The notes under the pieces are model-generated. The model ran no database searches, was not told the DNA's origin, and saw nothing but the letters and a program-made list of their open reading frames with translations. Positions 12,708 through 24,546 of a stretch of 64,000 nucleotides of DNA are shown in pieces (position 1 is the stretch's first letter; each line of letters begins with the position of its first letter). The stretch comes from Octopus bimaculoides (lineage: Eukaryota). The stretch lies in assembly GCF_001194135.2 (NCBI RefSeq), contig NC_068987.1, positions 74,177,109 to 74,241,108 of the forward strand, read 5' to 3'. A program made the position numbers and the translations under genes.

Positions 12708-13636
12708 CTGCAAATAACAATAGATTACTTTTAGAGCCAGTGGTTTTCAAATGAACAAATAAACAAATGAACATTAGCCCCGCCACAAACAAAAAAGTAG
12801 TAAATATTTTTTGTTTCTCTCCATCTCTTCATTAAAGAGAAGACAAAATAGAATGTACATCCATATAATTTTTCATTCTTCACCATGGTGTTGAACAAGT
12901 TCAAACAGTTTAAAACTGCCTTAATGTTATTAAACATGGGTATCTGTCTGTCACTTTTGCAATCTTCACCTCACTTTCCACCCTATGACAAACAATCATT
13001 TAGAATATTGATGATTATATAGCTGATTACAAATGAGTGATTAGCCCTCCTCATCATCATCCTCATCCTCAATGTAAACACCAAGATTTTTATTTTACCT
13101 GAAGGAGTACACTCTCTGCTGTTAATTTTCAGGCTTAAAGGGGACCAGTAGGTTTGTTTATTGCAGTATAGCATCTATTCAACTTTAGATGCATATAATC
13201 ATTTCTATGTTTAGAACTGATGTATAAGCACCAGAGAATAAATCCATGGTAATTAACAGCTCAGTTGATAACACATCGTTAAACTCTAATCCATTATTAT
13301 AATGCAGTAAATTCTTGTAGAACAAATTTGCATGTATATACAGAATCAGCTAAAATGATCACCCAGAGCAACATGTCTAGAATAAAAAGTTAAAAGCATA
13401 AATTTCACATATATCAAATACACACAGAGCCCTTATTAGGAAATAGTATTTCTGATGCATCCACACACATTAGTTTGACCTGCTACCCCACCCATTAATA
13501 TGTATCAAAATAGTTACAGTACTCATGTTAAGAAATAAATCATCTAACCCATGCCAGTATGGAAAAAAGTGGAGATAGAAATAATAACACTAAAGACAAT
13601 ACACAAATGCACTTTATTTTAACCTGATGCCCTTCT

Positions 13637-13693
<57 letters not shown>

Positions 13694-13796
13694 AACAAAT
13701 GTAAATACCCTTATCATGAAATAATAACCCCGATTTATACACACCTTAGTTTAACCTGCTGCTTCAATAAACATCAAACAAAAATAGTTTCCCTAC

Positions 13797-14008
13797 CTGT
13801 TTCCAATGCCTTTCCTGCATACCAGGATTACATATTACTTGCAGAAGTGGCAGGTGAGCTTTGAACTTGTCCAGTTTACTACGAACACTGTCAGCTATTC
13901 GTCGTGGTCCAGGTTGGTCACTGAGGACTTTAGTTAATTTATACATGGTACGCCACATATCACCGACCTCACTCTCAATAGTTTCAGCATTCAATTCCAA
14001 GAATGGTC
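13797..14008 (-). CDS. DNAH3: Dynein HC exon (PFLELNAE...CNPGMQERHWKQ)
   Basis: 212 nt, phase 1 to 0. Confidence 0.96.
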
Positions 14009-14825
14009 CTAGGAATATATGGAAGATAATGTAACAAGGTAGGATACATGTTCTACATGTAATGGTGAACTGCTTAATTAACATATTTCATGGCAAGGTA
14101 GATGCTGCATCATGGAAGATGCTCTGATTTTGGAAATGTAATTCCTAGAAAAAATATATTTATATTTATCAAAGCCCCATCCATATGATCAGACAGTACC
14201 ATGGAGATGTATGCTAAATGCCTGTTTTCAGGAAAAAAAAACAGTGGGAAAATCAACAGAGTGCTCATATCTGTCACTGAATGAAATCATCAGACAATGA
14301 CCACTTACCTAGTCCCTTACAGATGGGTATTATTGTACTATATAACACTATGCACTTCACCTGAACCACCCTGAGAGTATCAACTAGCATAGTGGAAAAC
14401 ACATGATAACTTTCAAGTTTTATTTTTTTCACAAAAAAGGTGTACCTGCCATGCTTCAGAGAAATTACATATATTTATCTCTGTGTGTAAATATATAATA
14501 ATGTATGTGTGTGATTATATGTCTGGGTATACATATATATTGGTGTGTGTATACACGTTCAAATATACATAAGTTTCTCATGATTATATTCACATAAAAG
14601 TGAGCTGAAAAGCTAATGTCATCAACTGAAAGTTTTATAACAATTAGAGAATATGTCTGTCATCCTATTTGTAATTGGAGCCACTGGGATTGTACCTCAC
14701 CATTCCTATGACATGGACAAATTCTCTGTAAAAATAGTCTTAGATGTATTCTATGCAGCATTTCTTAACTCTGAACTTTTTGTTAAATTAAACATATTTT
14801 ATTTGTTAACATTAAACAGATATAG

Positions 14826-15066
14826 ACGTAGGAGTGGCTGTGTGGTAAGTAGCTTGCTTACCAACCACATGGTTCCGGGTTCAGTCCCACTGCATGGCAC
14901 CTTGGGCAAGTGTCTTCTACTATAGCTTTGGTTCGGCAAAAGAGACCGATAGAATAAGTACTAGGCTTACAAAGAATAAGTCCTGGGGTCGATTAGCTTG
15001 ACTAAAAGGCGGTGCTCCAGCATGGCCACAGTCAAATGACCGAAACAAGTAAAAGAGTAAAAGAAT
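14826..15066 (+). mobile_element. SINE family A, young, internally deleted
   Basis: Head joined at ctatagc directly to ggttcggcaaaagagacc tail. Confidence 0.88.
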
Positions 15067-15782
15067 AAAGTAAAGAGATATGTTAACATATCTGTTTAAT
15101 CTTAACTCATTAACCTTAACTGTTCTTGTTAACTCTAAATACATCAATGCATGTTTTCCATTGATCATCTTTGTTAACCTGCAACACTTCTATACATTTT
15201 CTAAGCTCGTCTTCCACTTGAAGTGGTAACTGAAAAATATATTGAGATTGCCCTCTCCTTAGTACTTTTAGTTTTGCCCAACATTCTACCCACTTTGCTA
15301 CAGCTAACAGACAGGAGAAAACTACTTGCCCTTATTCGCTAACAATAGTTTTTTACATTGAATTAAGGCAAGTAACATGTAAAGATGGTGTAATTTTTTT
15401 TAACTGATCACATTTCATATTTCATAGATCCCAGAAGGATGACAAAGATAAGGGCATAAACTTAAATTGTAAAGGAACATCCTTAAATACTGAAAGTCTC
15501 TATTCCACCTACCACTCCAATTTTGCCAAGAATAATAACAACAATAATAACAACAATATGCTTGGTCTGCTAGAAATAGCAACCAAATATCTCTAATATC
15601 TTAAAAAAGAAAGACACAGGATAGTGTAGTTCTAGCCAAGACAAGAATATTTTTTTTCAAAGGTTTGCTTTATCATGGCCAACTTGGAGCTTAACAACAA
15701 AATTAAGCCCTATTGACAGAAATTAGTATGGTACATGAAAGAAAGCCAACACATCCTCTCCTCTGTGCTTCATTCATCTTAC

Positions 15783-16014
15783 CATTCATCCAGATTTCTT
15801 GCTTCTGGTTGAAATTATAAGCAGTTGTCCACAACTTGTCATAAGGCTCTTTCAGTTGGAACATCAATGGCAGGATGGGGAAAATACTTGTCTCAAATTG
15901 CAGAAGCTGTTCCTCAGTATTCATTTCATCAAGTTCCTTCTGTGCTGCTTCCAGGCTCACATGCAGGGCATTCAGGTGTTCAACATTGCTCTTCATTTCA
16001 TCAGAACTCATGAG
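15783..16014 (-). CDS. DNAH3: Dynein HC exon (LMSSDEMK...KEPYDKLW...EIWMN)
   Basis: 232 nt, phase 0 to 1. Confidence 0.94.
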
Positions 16015-16423
16015 CTAAGATATAAGGACAACACCAACTCAATTTTTAAATTTTCAGAATTAATTCTAAAATTTTCAGAAAAATCATGAAGAGAACAGAA
16101 TTGCACAGATTCCTTTCCCATTTTTGTGCCACCAGCAATCCCACTTCTTGGAACCATTCCCCTTTCCACCCATCTCACACTTCCAGTATCATCCCTTACC
16201 ACTGTATGTCCACTGAATGCCTATTTTCCTGAAGACCCTCTCATCTCTGCCATCAATGCCCATGTTTGTAACTCATCATATCCACTCCTCACTATAGTGA
16301 TGATTACGCTATGAAGATTACATATACTGAAAGTTTTAAGGGACAGAGAGTTTACATCTGTATGTTTGCAACTGCTCCTTTTTCATCAACTTCAAAAGGA
16401 TAAATTGCAAAGTCAACCTTGTC

Positions 16424-16454
<31 letters not shown>

Positions 16455-16455
<1 letters not shown>

Positions 16456-16682
16456 TAATAATAATCCTTTCTATTATAGGCACAAGGCTTTAAATTTTGG
16501 GGAAGAGGATAGTCGATTACATCGACCACTGTGTTTCACTGGTACTTAATTTATTGAGCCCAAAAAAATGAAAGGCAAAGTCGACCTCGATGAAATTTGA
16601 ACTCAGAATGTAGTGAAGGGCAAAATACCGCTAAGCATTTCATCCAACATGCTAATGGTTCTATCAGCTTGCTGCCTTCCTA
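16455..16682 (-). mobile_element. SINE family C (decayed)
   Basis: gaaaggcaaagtcgacctcg...gaactcagaatg core. Confidence 0.8.
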
Positions 16683-17447
16683 ATAATAATACTGATTTCT
16701 TTTATTTGCCACCAGGGAGAAATAATAATGNNNNNNNNNNNNNNNNNNNNNNNNNNNNNNNNNNNNNNNNNNNNNNNNNNNNNNNNNNNNNNNNNNNNNN
16801 NNNNNNNNNNNNNNNNNNNNNNNNNNNNNNNNNNNNNNNNNNNNNNNNNNNNNNNNNNNNNNNNNNNNNNNNNNNNNNNNNNNNNNNNNNNNNNNNNNNN
16901 NNNNNNNNNNNNNNNNNNNNNNNNNNNNNNNNNNNNNNNNNNNNNNNNNNNNNNNNNNNNNNNNNNNNNNNNNNNNNNNNNNNNNNNNNNNNNNNNNNNN
17001 NNNNNNNNNNNNNNNNNNNNNNNNNNNNNNNNNNNNNNNNNNNNNNNNNNNNNNNNNNNNNNNNNNNNNNNNNNNNNNNNNNNNNNNNNNNNNNNNNNNN
17101 NNNNNNNNNNNNNNNNNNNNNNNNNNNNNNNNNNNNNNNNNNNNNNNNNNNNNNNNNNNNNNNNNNNNNNNNNNNNNNNNNNNNNNNNNNNNNNNNNNNN
17201 NNNNNNNNNNNNNNNNNNNNNNNNNNNNNNNNNNNNNNNNNNNNNNNNNNNNNNNNNNNNNNNNNNNNNNNNNNNNNNNNNNNNNNNNNNNNNNNNNNNN
17301 NNNNNNNNNNNNNNNNNNNNNNNNNNNNNNNNNNNNNNNNNNNNNNNNNNNNNNNNNNNNNNNNNNNNNNNNNNNNNNNNNNNNNNNNNNNNNNNNNNNN
17401 NNNNNNNNNNNGTGAATGGATTTGGTAGCTGGAAACTGAAAAGAAAC

Positions 17448-17508
<61 letters not shown>

Positions 17509-17798
17509 GTGTGTGTGTGTCTTTGTGTTTGTCTCCAACCACCATGTGACAACCAAAGTCAGTTTCTTTCCATCTCCACAACTAAGGAGTTTGGCAAAGA
17601 AATATTGATAGGCAAGGCTTAAACAAAATATAAGTACTGAGTTTGATCCCACTGTGCAGAACCTTGGTTTAATGTCTTATAGCTTCAAAGCAACAAATAA
17701 TGAGGGACAGAAATTGCAAGTCGCCCATCACATATGTACATACATGCATGCATGTGAGCAAGCAAATGAATGAATGAATGGAAGAAAGAACGTACATA

Positions 17799-18017
17799 TG
17801 AGGAGGTACTGAAAAGGTCCTAGCTTTAAGTGTGTCATGAAAGACGTGATTGGAGGCCCAACTTTCATGAGTTCTTTTAGAGGGCTTAGAAAAACTGAAG
17901 GACTGCTGCAATAAATGTGTGAATCTGAGAGGGGAATATGTTGAATAAAATCATAATTAAATGATACTCCTGTATTTTCTTTAACCCAAAGTCAGAAATT
18001 TTCCAGCATCCACCTCA
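17799..18017 (+). mobile_element. Non-autonomous mariner derivative (MITE)
   Basis: TA TSDs; imperfect TIRs tgaggaggtactgaaaagg / aattttccagcatccacctca; retains transposase C-terminus GLEKLKDCCNKCVNLRGEYVE*. Confidence 0.75.
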
Positions 18018-18107
18018 TACGTATGTATGAATGAATAAATGATTGGCTGCTCTCCATGTGTGACAATTAAACCATTCAGGTTTTGGCTCTAATGTTAATC
18101 ATGTTAA

Positions 18108-18329
18108 CCCTTTTGTTACCATATTTCTGTTGAGATGCTCTGTCTTTGTTTCAATTAATTTTTTAAATAACGAAGAATTCAGTAAAATAACTTAGTTATC
18201 ATTAAGCTAATGTAAGGAACACAAAGTGTGACTAAGGTTTGGTGGAAGATTTTAATTCAGAACTTTTGGAAACAAGACATTTGTACTACAGAGCCAGAGG
18301 CAGTTTCAGCCAGGTTGGTATCAAAAATG
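18108..18329 (+). mobile_element. piggyBac-type MITE (TTAA TSD)
   Basis: TTAA|CCCTTTTGTTACC...GGTATCAAAAATG|TTAA. Confidence 0.75.
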
Positions 18330-19067
18330 TTAAACTCCCACTGTCACATGTACACATGGGTTGTCTGCAGTCGAGGATGGGCTATGACTAATGTAGTTGA
18401 GTTTACACAAACAATGGCTCAAATCTGTCTAAGACATTCCATTGTCTAGACTTAGACTTGTTTAGGTGCAAGTGTGGCTGTGTGATTAAGAAGTTTTATT
18501 CCTAACATCATAGTTTCAGGTTCAATCCTACTACATAGCACCTTGAGCCCCAGACTGACTAAAGCTTTGTAAGTGTATTTGGCAGATGGAAACCAAAAGA
18601 AGCCGGTCATATACATAACAAATGAATAAATGAATGAATGTATGTATGTAAGTATGTATGATGTATGTATGTACACAGAAGAGACTCAGAGAGACAAATA
18701 TTTGCATTTACTCCATATACATATGTACGTATATGTAAGTAAATGCAAGTACGTGTACATCTGAGTCACTATATGTTGACAGCTGTAAACGATTGTCACT
18801 ATCATATAAGTAGTGTCAATCATTTCCAGTGTTCTGTGAAAACATGTCTGGCCATGGAGAAACATTACCTTGCTTGGAAACAGGTGAGGTTAGTGACATG
18901 AAGGGCATCTGGCTGTAGAAAAATATCAGTAAACTCCGTCCAACCCAGGCAAGCATGGAAAAGTGAGCATTAAAACAATGATGATAATGATGATGGTGGT
19001 GGTGGTGGTGGTGATGATGATGATAAGCACTAAGAATAACACTAATCTCAGCAGGAAAAAAACTTAC

Positions 19068-19158
19068 TTTGGAAATTTGCATACTCCAAGAGAAACGAGA
19101 GTCTTTTAGCTGCTTCATTAATCTCTGTAGCCAATTTATATATCGTTACATCCATTGA
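19068..19158 (-). CDS. DNAH3: Dynein HC exon (SMDVTIYKLATEINEAAKRLSFLLEYANFQ)
   Basis: 91 nt, phase 0 to 1; acceptor ttccag, donor gtaag. Confidence 0.9.
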
Positions 19159-19469
19159 CTGGAATTAAAAAGTACAGTGAAACACAACTTAAAAATGAAG
19201 GGGCTTTACAACCCCTTACAAAGTGAAAATTTTACAGCATGCATACATGGAAAATATTCGTTGGAGCGGGCATGGCTGAGTAGTTAAGAAGTTGTTTTAT
19301 AACCATGTGGTTTCAGGTTCAATTTCATAGCGCAATCAGGTTTTTTCTATAGCCCAAGCCTGATCAATGGCTTGTGAGAGAATTTGGTAAACAAAAACTA
19401 TGTACCAGCCTTTTTCTTTCTCTCTTGCTCCGGCTGTGTGTGTGTGTGCATGTACATATGTATATATGT

Positions 19470-19518
<49 letters not shown>

Positions 19519-19571
19519 CATGTATTCATGTATATGTGTGAATGTGCCTGCATGTATGTACAAATGTACAT

Positions 19572-20860
19572 CATCATCATCATCATCATCATCGTTTAAC
19601 GTCCGCTTTCCATGCTAGCATGGGTTGGACGATTTGACTGAGGACTGGTGAAACCGGATGGCAACACCAGGCTCCAGTCTGATTTGGCAGAGTTTCTACA
19701 GCTGGATGCCCTTCCTAACGCCAACCACTCAGAGAGTGTAGTGGGTGCTTTTACGTGTCACCCGCACGANNNNNNNNNNNNNNNNNNNNNNNNNNNNNNN
19801 NNNNNNNNNNNNNNNNNNNNNNNNNNNNNNNNNNNNNNNNNNNNNNNNNNNNNNNNNNNNNNNNNNNNNNNNNNNNNNNNNNNNNNNNNNNNNNNNNNNN
19901 NNNNNNNNNNNNNNNNNNNNNNNNNNNNNNNNNNNNNNNNNNNNNNNNNNNNNNNNNNNNNNNNNNNNNNNNNNNNNNNNNNNNNNNNNNNNNNNNNNNN
20001 NNNNNNNNNNNNNNNNNNNNNNNNNNNNNNNNNNNNNNNNNNNNNNNNNNNNNNNNNNNNNNNNNNNNNNNNNNNNNNNNNNNNNNNNNNNNNNNNNNNN
20101 NNNNNNNNNNNNNNNNNNNNNNNNNNNNNNNNNNNNNNNNNNNNNNNNNNNNNNNNNNNNNNNNNNNNNNNNNNNNNNNNNNNNNNNNNNNNNNNNNNNN
20201 NNNNNNNNNNNNNNNNNNNNNNNNNNNNNNNNNNNNNNNNNNNNNNNNNNNNNNNNNNNNNNNNNNNNNNNNNNNNNNNNNNNNNNNNNNNNNNNNNNNN
20301 NNNNNNNNNNNNNNNNNNNNNNNNNNNNNNNNNNNNNNNNNNNNNNNNNNNNNNNNNNNNNNNNNNNNNNNNNNNNNNNNNNNNNNNNNNNNNNNNNNNN
20401 NNNNNNNNNNNNNNNNNNNNNNNNNNNNNNNNNNNNNNNNNNNNNNNNNNNNNNNNNNNNNNNNNNNNNNNNNNNNNNNNNNNNNNNNNNNNNNNNNNNN
20501 NNNNNNNNATCGACTACCTCTAGTTTTTCACCCTGGAATGAGATAGAAGTTGTTTCCTGTTTGTTTGCAGTCTTTATTGCACCTGAACATCTGCCACAAA
20601 CAAAAACTAACTTGCTAGTTAACCTGCCTTTGATGTTGCTGCACCTCTTATGTGTCCATAGCTTGCACCGGGTACATCTTATAGAGTTACTACCTACTCC
20701 TTTTCTACATACTGAGCAGGGCCATCTACCTGAAGGGGTTTGTGTTTTATCTACCTTCCTACTTATTAGGATTTTGGTTTTAGCTAGGTTGACTCTAAGG
20801 CCCTTCAGTTCTAGACCTTGCTTCCACACCTGAAACTTCTCCTCTAGTTCTGATAGTCCT
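19572..20860 (-). mobile_element. RTE-clade LINE, 3' part (ORF C-terminal fragment and 3' UTR), gap-interrupted
   Basis: ORF ...GLRVNLAKTKILIS...WPCSVCRKGVGSNSIRCTRCKLWTHKRCS...FVCGRC...EKLEVVD; 3' end with (GAT)n tail. Confidence 0.85.
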
Positions 20861-20916
20861 CTAGTTCTGATAGTCCTATGTATGTATTTATGTATATGTG
20901 TGAGTGTGCATGAATG

Positions 20917-21862
20917 TATGAGATAGTATCAAAAAGTTCCAAGATGAGTTACATTTAATAAAAAATAACTTATTTACCTAAGTTTTAACATCCTCTCCTT
21001 TGAAATAGTCACTTTGCGCCACAATAAACTGGTCCCAGGATTCCTGCCACTTTTGGAATCCAGCCTGGAAGTTGTTTTCTGAAAGTGAGTTGAGGACCTT
21101 CTGCGATTTGCTCTGGATCTCAACAATGGTATTAGAATGGTGACCTTTGAGCTGCATTTTCATCTTGGGGAAGAGATGGAAGTCTGCCGATGCTAAATCT
21201 GGCCAACAGGGCTGATGCAGAAATGATACCATGTTGTTTTTGACAAGAAACCCATGAGTAAGGAGAGCTCAGTGAAAGGGTGCATTGTCATCATGAAGAA
21301 TCTAATTCTTTGCTCTCCAGAGATCCAGCGGCTTTTGCCAAATGTCCTCCCTCAAACACTTCAAAATGTCACAGTAGAACTCTTGATTGACAGTCTGGCC
21401 CTGGGCGACGAATTCTCGATGCACAATACCACATTTCCAGGAGTGATGCTTGTGACAGGTCTTCCAGGTCGCTCTTCCAGGGACACTCATGACAGGTCTT
21501 CCAGATCGCTCTTCCAATTTTGAAGCACCCATGCTACTCAAAACATTGCAAACAACCCATTACCTCATTGTCATAAGCTTACTAAAGCATGCTCAATGTG
21601 TCTGTAGCAGATTTCCCAAGTTTAACGCAAAATTTCCCATTGGCTCTTTGTTCCTGTCCATGACAAAATCACAGACTACAGTATACAAGTGATCACAAAA
21701 ACATAAATTTCACAACTTGCAAAGTAAACACAGTGATGTCATTTGGCACACTGCCCCATGAAGGTCACTGCTAGCTCTCACTGGACATGCAACCATGTGC
21801 TGCTGTCTGTTGGCATGCTACAGAACTAATCCAGGAACGTTTTGATGCAACTTCATTTGTAT
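20917..21862 (-). mobile_element. Decayed mariner transposon
   Basis: ORF fragments GIVHREFVAQGQTVNQEFYCDIL and WPDLASADFHLFPKMKMQLKG...YFKGE; imperfect TIRs gtatcaaaaagttcc / ggaacgttttgatgc. Confidence 0.85.
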
Positions 21863-21866
21863 ATGT

Positions 21867-21938
<72 letters not shown>

Positions 21939-22129
21939 TGTTTATGTCTCATCAGTTGAGAACCAATGTTGGTTTGTTTATGTTCTCATAACTTAGTGTT
22001 TCTATAAAAACAGATTTTTGCTAACAGTCTCTCGCACAGAGAACATACAGTCCTCTACAGTTACTGCTACCTTACATTAGACACCTTAAACAAAGGACAA
22101 TCATTGTATCTTTACTAATAAAGATATAC

Positions 22130-22223
22130 CTGCTGAAGGAAGGCTATGGTCTCCACCAGATCTTTTGTTGTACTTGGAATGTCACTGACTTTATCACTGA
22201 TCTTCTCATATCTGCGACATATG
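22130..22223 (-). CDS. DNAH3: Dynein HC exon (ICRRYEKISDKVSDIPSTTKDLVETIAFLQQ)
   Basis: 94 nt, phase 2 to 0. Confidence 0.92.
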
Positions 22224-22511
22224 CTGCCAAAATAATGAATTACAATAGATATAAACATATATGTGTGTCTGCACATGCATACATACATATATCATAATCA
22301 TTATTGTCATCACCAGTTAATAACCATTTTCTATGCTGGCATGGGTTAGATGGCTTGACATATGAGCTGGCAAAAGCAGGCACCGCACCAGGTTCCATAG
22401 TCTGTTTTGGCTTGGTTTTACCAGTTGGATGCCCTTCATAATGCCAACCACTTTACGGAGTGTACTGAATACTTCTAACATGGCACCATCACCAATGTTT
22501 TTTACACAGCA

Positions 22512-22549
<38 letters not shown>

Positions 22550-22559
22550 AAAAAAACTA

Positions 22560-22746
22560 AGTAAAAACAACAACGAAAAAACAACGCGAGGACATGGTAC
22601 ATGTAAAGTATTAGCAGACGTTCAGGGAAGGAAAGAAAGGTAGTTTTACATTTCGAGCAAAGCTCTTCTTCAGAAACAGGAGACAGAGGAAAGTCGAAAG
22701 TCCAAGAGAAAAGGAAGATGAAGGAGAAAAATAGCCAATGATCCAC
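22560..22746 (-). mobile_element. Penelope-like terminal (pLTR) fragment with hammerhead motif, next to (TA)n and a gap
   Basis: Minimal HHR core on the minus strand; PLE assignment inferred from the known PLE-HHR association. Confidence 0.6.
22643..22677 (-). ncRNA. Minimal type-I hammerhead ribozyme motif
   Basis: gttt-CTGAAGA-a-GAGC-ttt-GCTC-GAAA-tg-TA-aaac; stem I gttt/aaac. Confidence 0.7.
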
Positions 22747-23226
22747 NNNNNNNNNNNNNNNNNNNNNNNNNNNNNNNNNNNNNNNNNNNNNNNNNNNNNN
22801 NNNNNNNNNNNNNNNNNNNNNNNNNNNNNNNNNNNNNNNNNNNNNNNNNNNNNNNNNNNNNNNNNNNNNNNNNNNNNNNNNNNNNNNNNNNNNNNNNNNN
22901 NNNNNNNNNNNNNNNNNNNNNNNNNNNNNNNNNNNNNNNNNNNNNNNNNNNNNNNNNNNNNNNNNNNNNNNNNNNNNNNNNNNNNNNNNNNNNNNNNNNN
23001 NNNNNNNNNNNNNNNNNNNNNNNNNNNNNNNNNNNNNNNNNNNNNNNNNNNNNNNNNNNNNNNNNNNNNNNNNNNNNNNNNNNNNNNNNNNNNNNNNNNN
23101 NNNNNNNNNNNNNNNNNNNNNNNNNNNNNNNNNNNGAAAAGTAAGGGGTGTTACCTTAGTTCACTGGTAATGAACAGTTGACACCATAGTACATCTCCAG
23201 CATTAGAAGCTGTGCAAAAACAATAA

Positions 23227-23264
<38 letters not shown>

Positions 23265-23292
23265 TAATAATAATAAAAATAATAATAATAAC

Positions 23293-23471
23293 CTCCTATT
23301 TAATTCGCGATTTTCATCAACACAATGAGTAATAAGGCGCTGTTTTAAACCTTCTGCTTTGTTGCACAATGCTTCATTTAAGAGTGTACAATCTAGAGAA
23401 AACATACTGAGTGGTACTGTAACATATAAGACAGCTATTTCATTCTTCAGATCTTGGAAGGCATCAATTTT
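23293..23471 (-). CDS. DNAH3: Dynein HC exon (KIDAFQDLKNEIAVLYVTVPLSMFSLDC...ELNR)
   Basis: 179 nt, phase 0 to 2. Confidence 0.93.
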
Positions 23472-23716
23472 CTGTAAGAGTATGAGATAGAAGAAAATGA
23501 AAAAGAGAAATAATTATTTATTATATCAAGCGTTGACAGTTTACAAAAAGTTCCACCCCAAGCACAACAATGGTGAAGCAAAAATTGTTTGCAGTTTATA
23601 TAAGGGTTTGTTGACCTCAAAAGAGTGTACAGATTTGGTTAGAAATGTCTTTGAAAGCTAACTGAAAGATGTAGAAATGATATCAATATTTGTGTATATA
23701 TTTGTATGTGTATGTA

Positions 23717-24546
23717 CAGGGGATGGACAAAAAAAATGGAAACACCTAGCATGATAGTATCATAATTTTGAAATATCTATAAAACTGTCAAAAGCTTGTT
23801 TATTTATATGTTTTTTGATTTATTATTAGTGTTGCTTAATATGTTTCGCTAAAATGGCTGTTTCTTTTCAGATATCATCAGAAAAAGGTAATTAAAAATC
23901 ATTAAAATGACAGATCTATTGGACTTTCAAAGAAGTCAAATTGTTGGTGCTCATATGGCAGGCTCCAGCATAATGAAAACAGCCGAAATGTTTGGTGTAT
24001 CAAAAAGTATTGTCTCGAAAGTAATGACAGTCTTTGAGAAAGAAGGAAAAAAACCTCCTTGTTGAAACAAAACTCCAGAAGAAAACCAAAACTTTCAGAT
24101 AGGGACCGACGGACTCTTATGCGAATTGTTAGAAAGGATCACAAAAGTACGGCTCCGAAAATTATTGCAGAGCTTAATTACCACCTTGAGAACACAGTTT
24201 CCACAAAAACTACTCAACAGGAGCTGCACAAAGCCAGATTTCACGGGAGGGCTGCAATCAGAAAACCACTACTTTCAAAAACAAATGCTGCAAGGCATTT
24301 AGAGTGGAGTAAAAACCTACTGAATTGGTCCCTAGAGCAGTGGAAAAATGCTATTTACTCAGACAAGTCATCCTGTACCTTATTTCCGACCACCAGCTGA
24401 GTTTACGTGCGGAGACAGCCAAAAGAAGCATTTGACCCAACTGTAAAACATGGAGGAGAATCTGTGATGATCTGGGGTGCTATATCTTGGAAATCCACTG
24501 GCCCAATGGTTTGCCTTCATGGCAGAATTAATATTTAAGCATTTTA
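23717..24546 (+). mobile_element. Tc1-like DNA transposon (same family as 7208), runs into gap
   Basis: TA|CAGGGGATGGACAAAAAAAATGGAAACACC; ORF 24059..24400 and downstream KHGGESVMIWGAIS. Confidence 0.92.
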
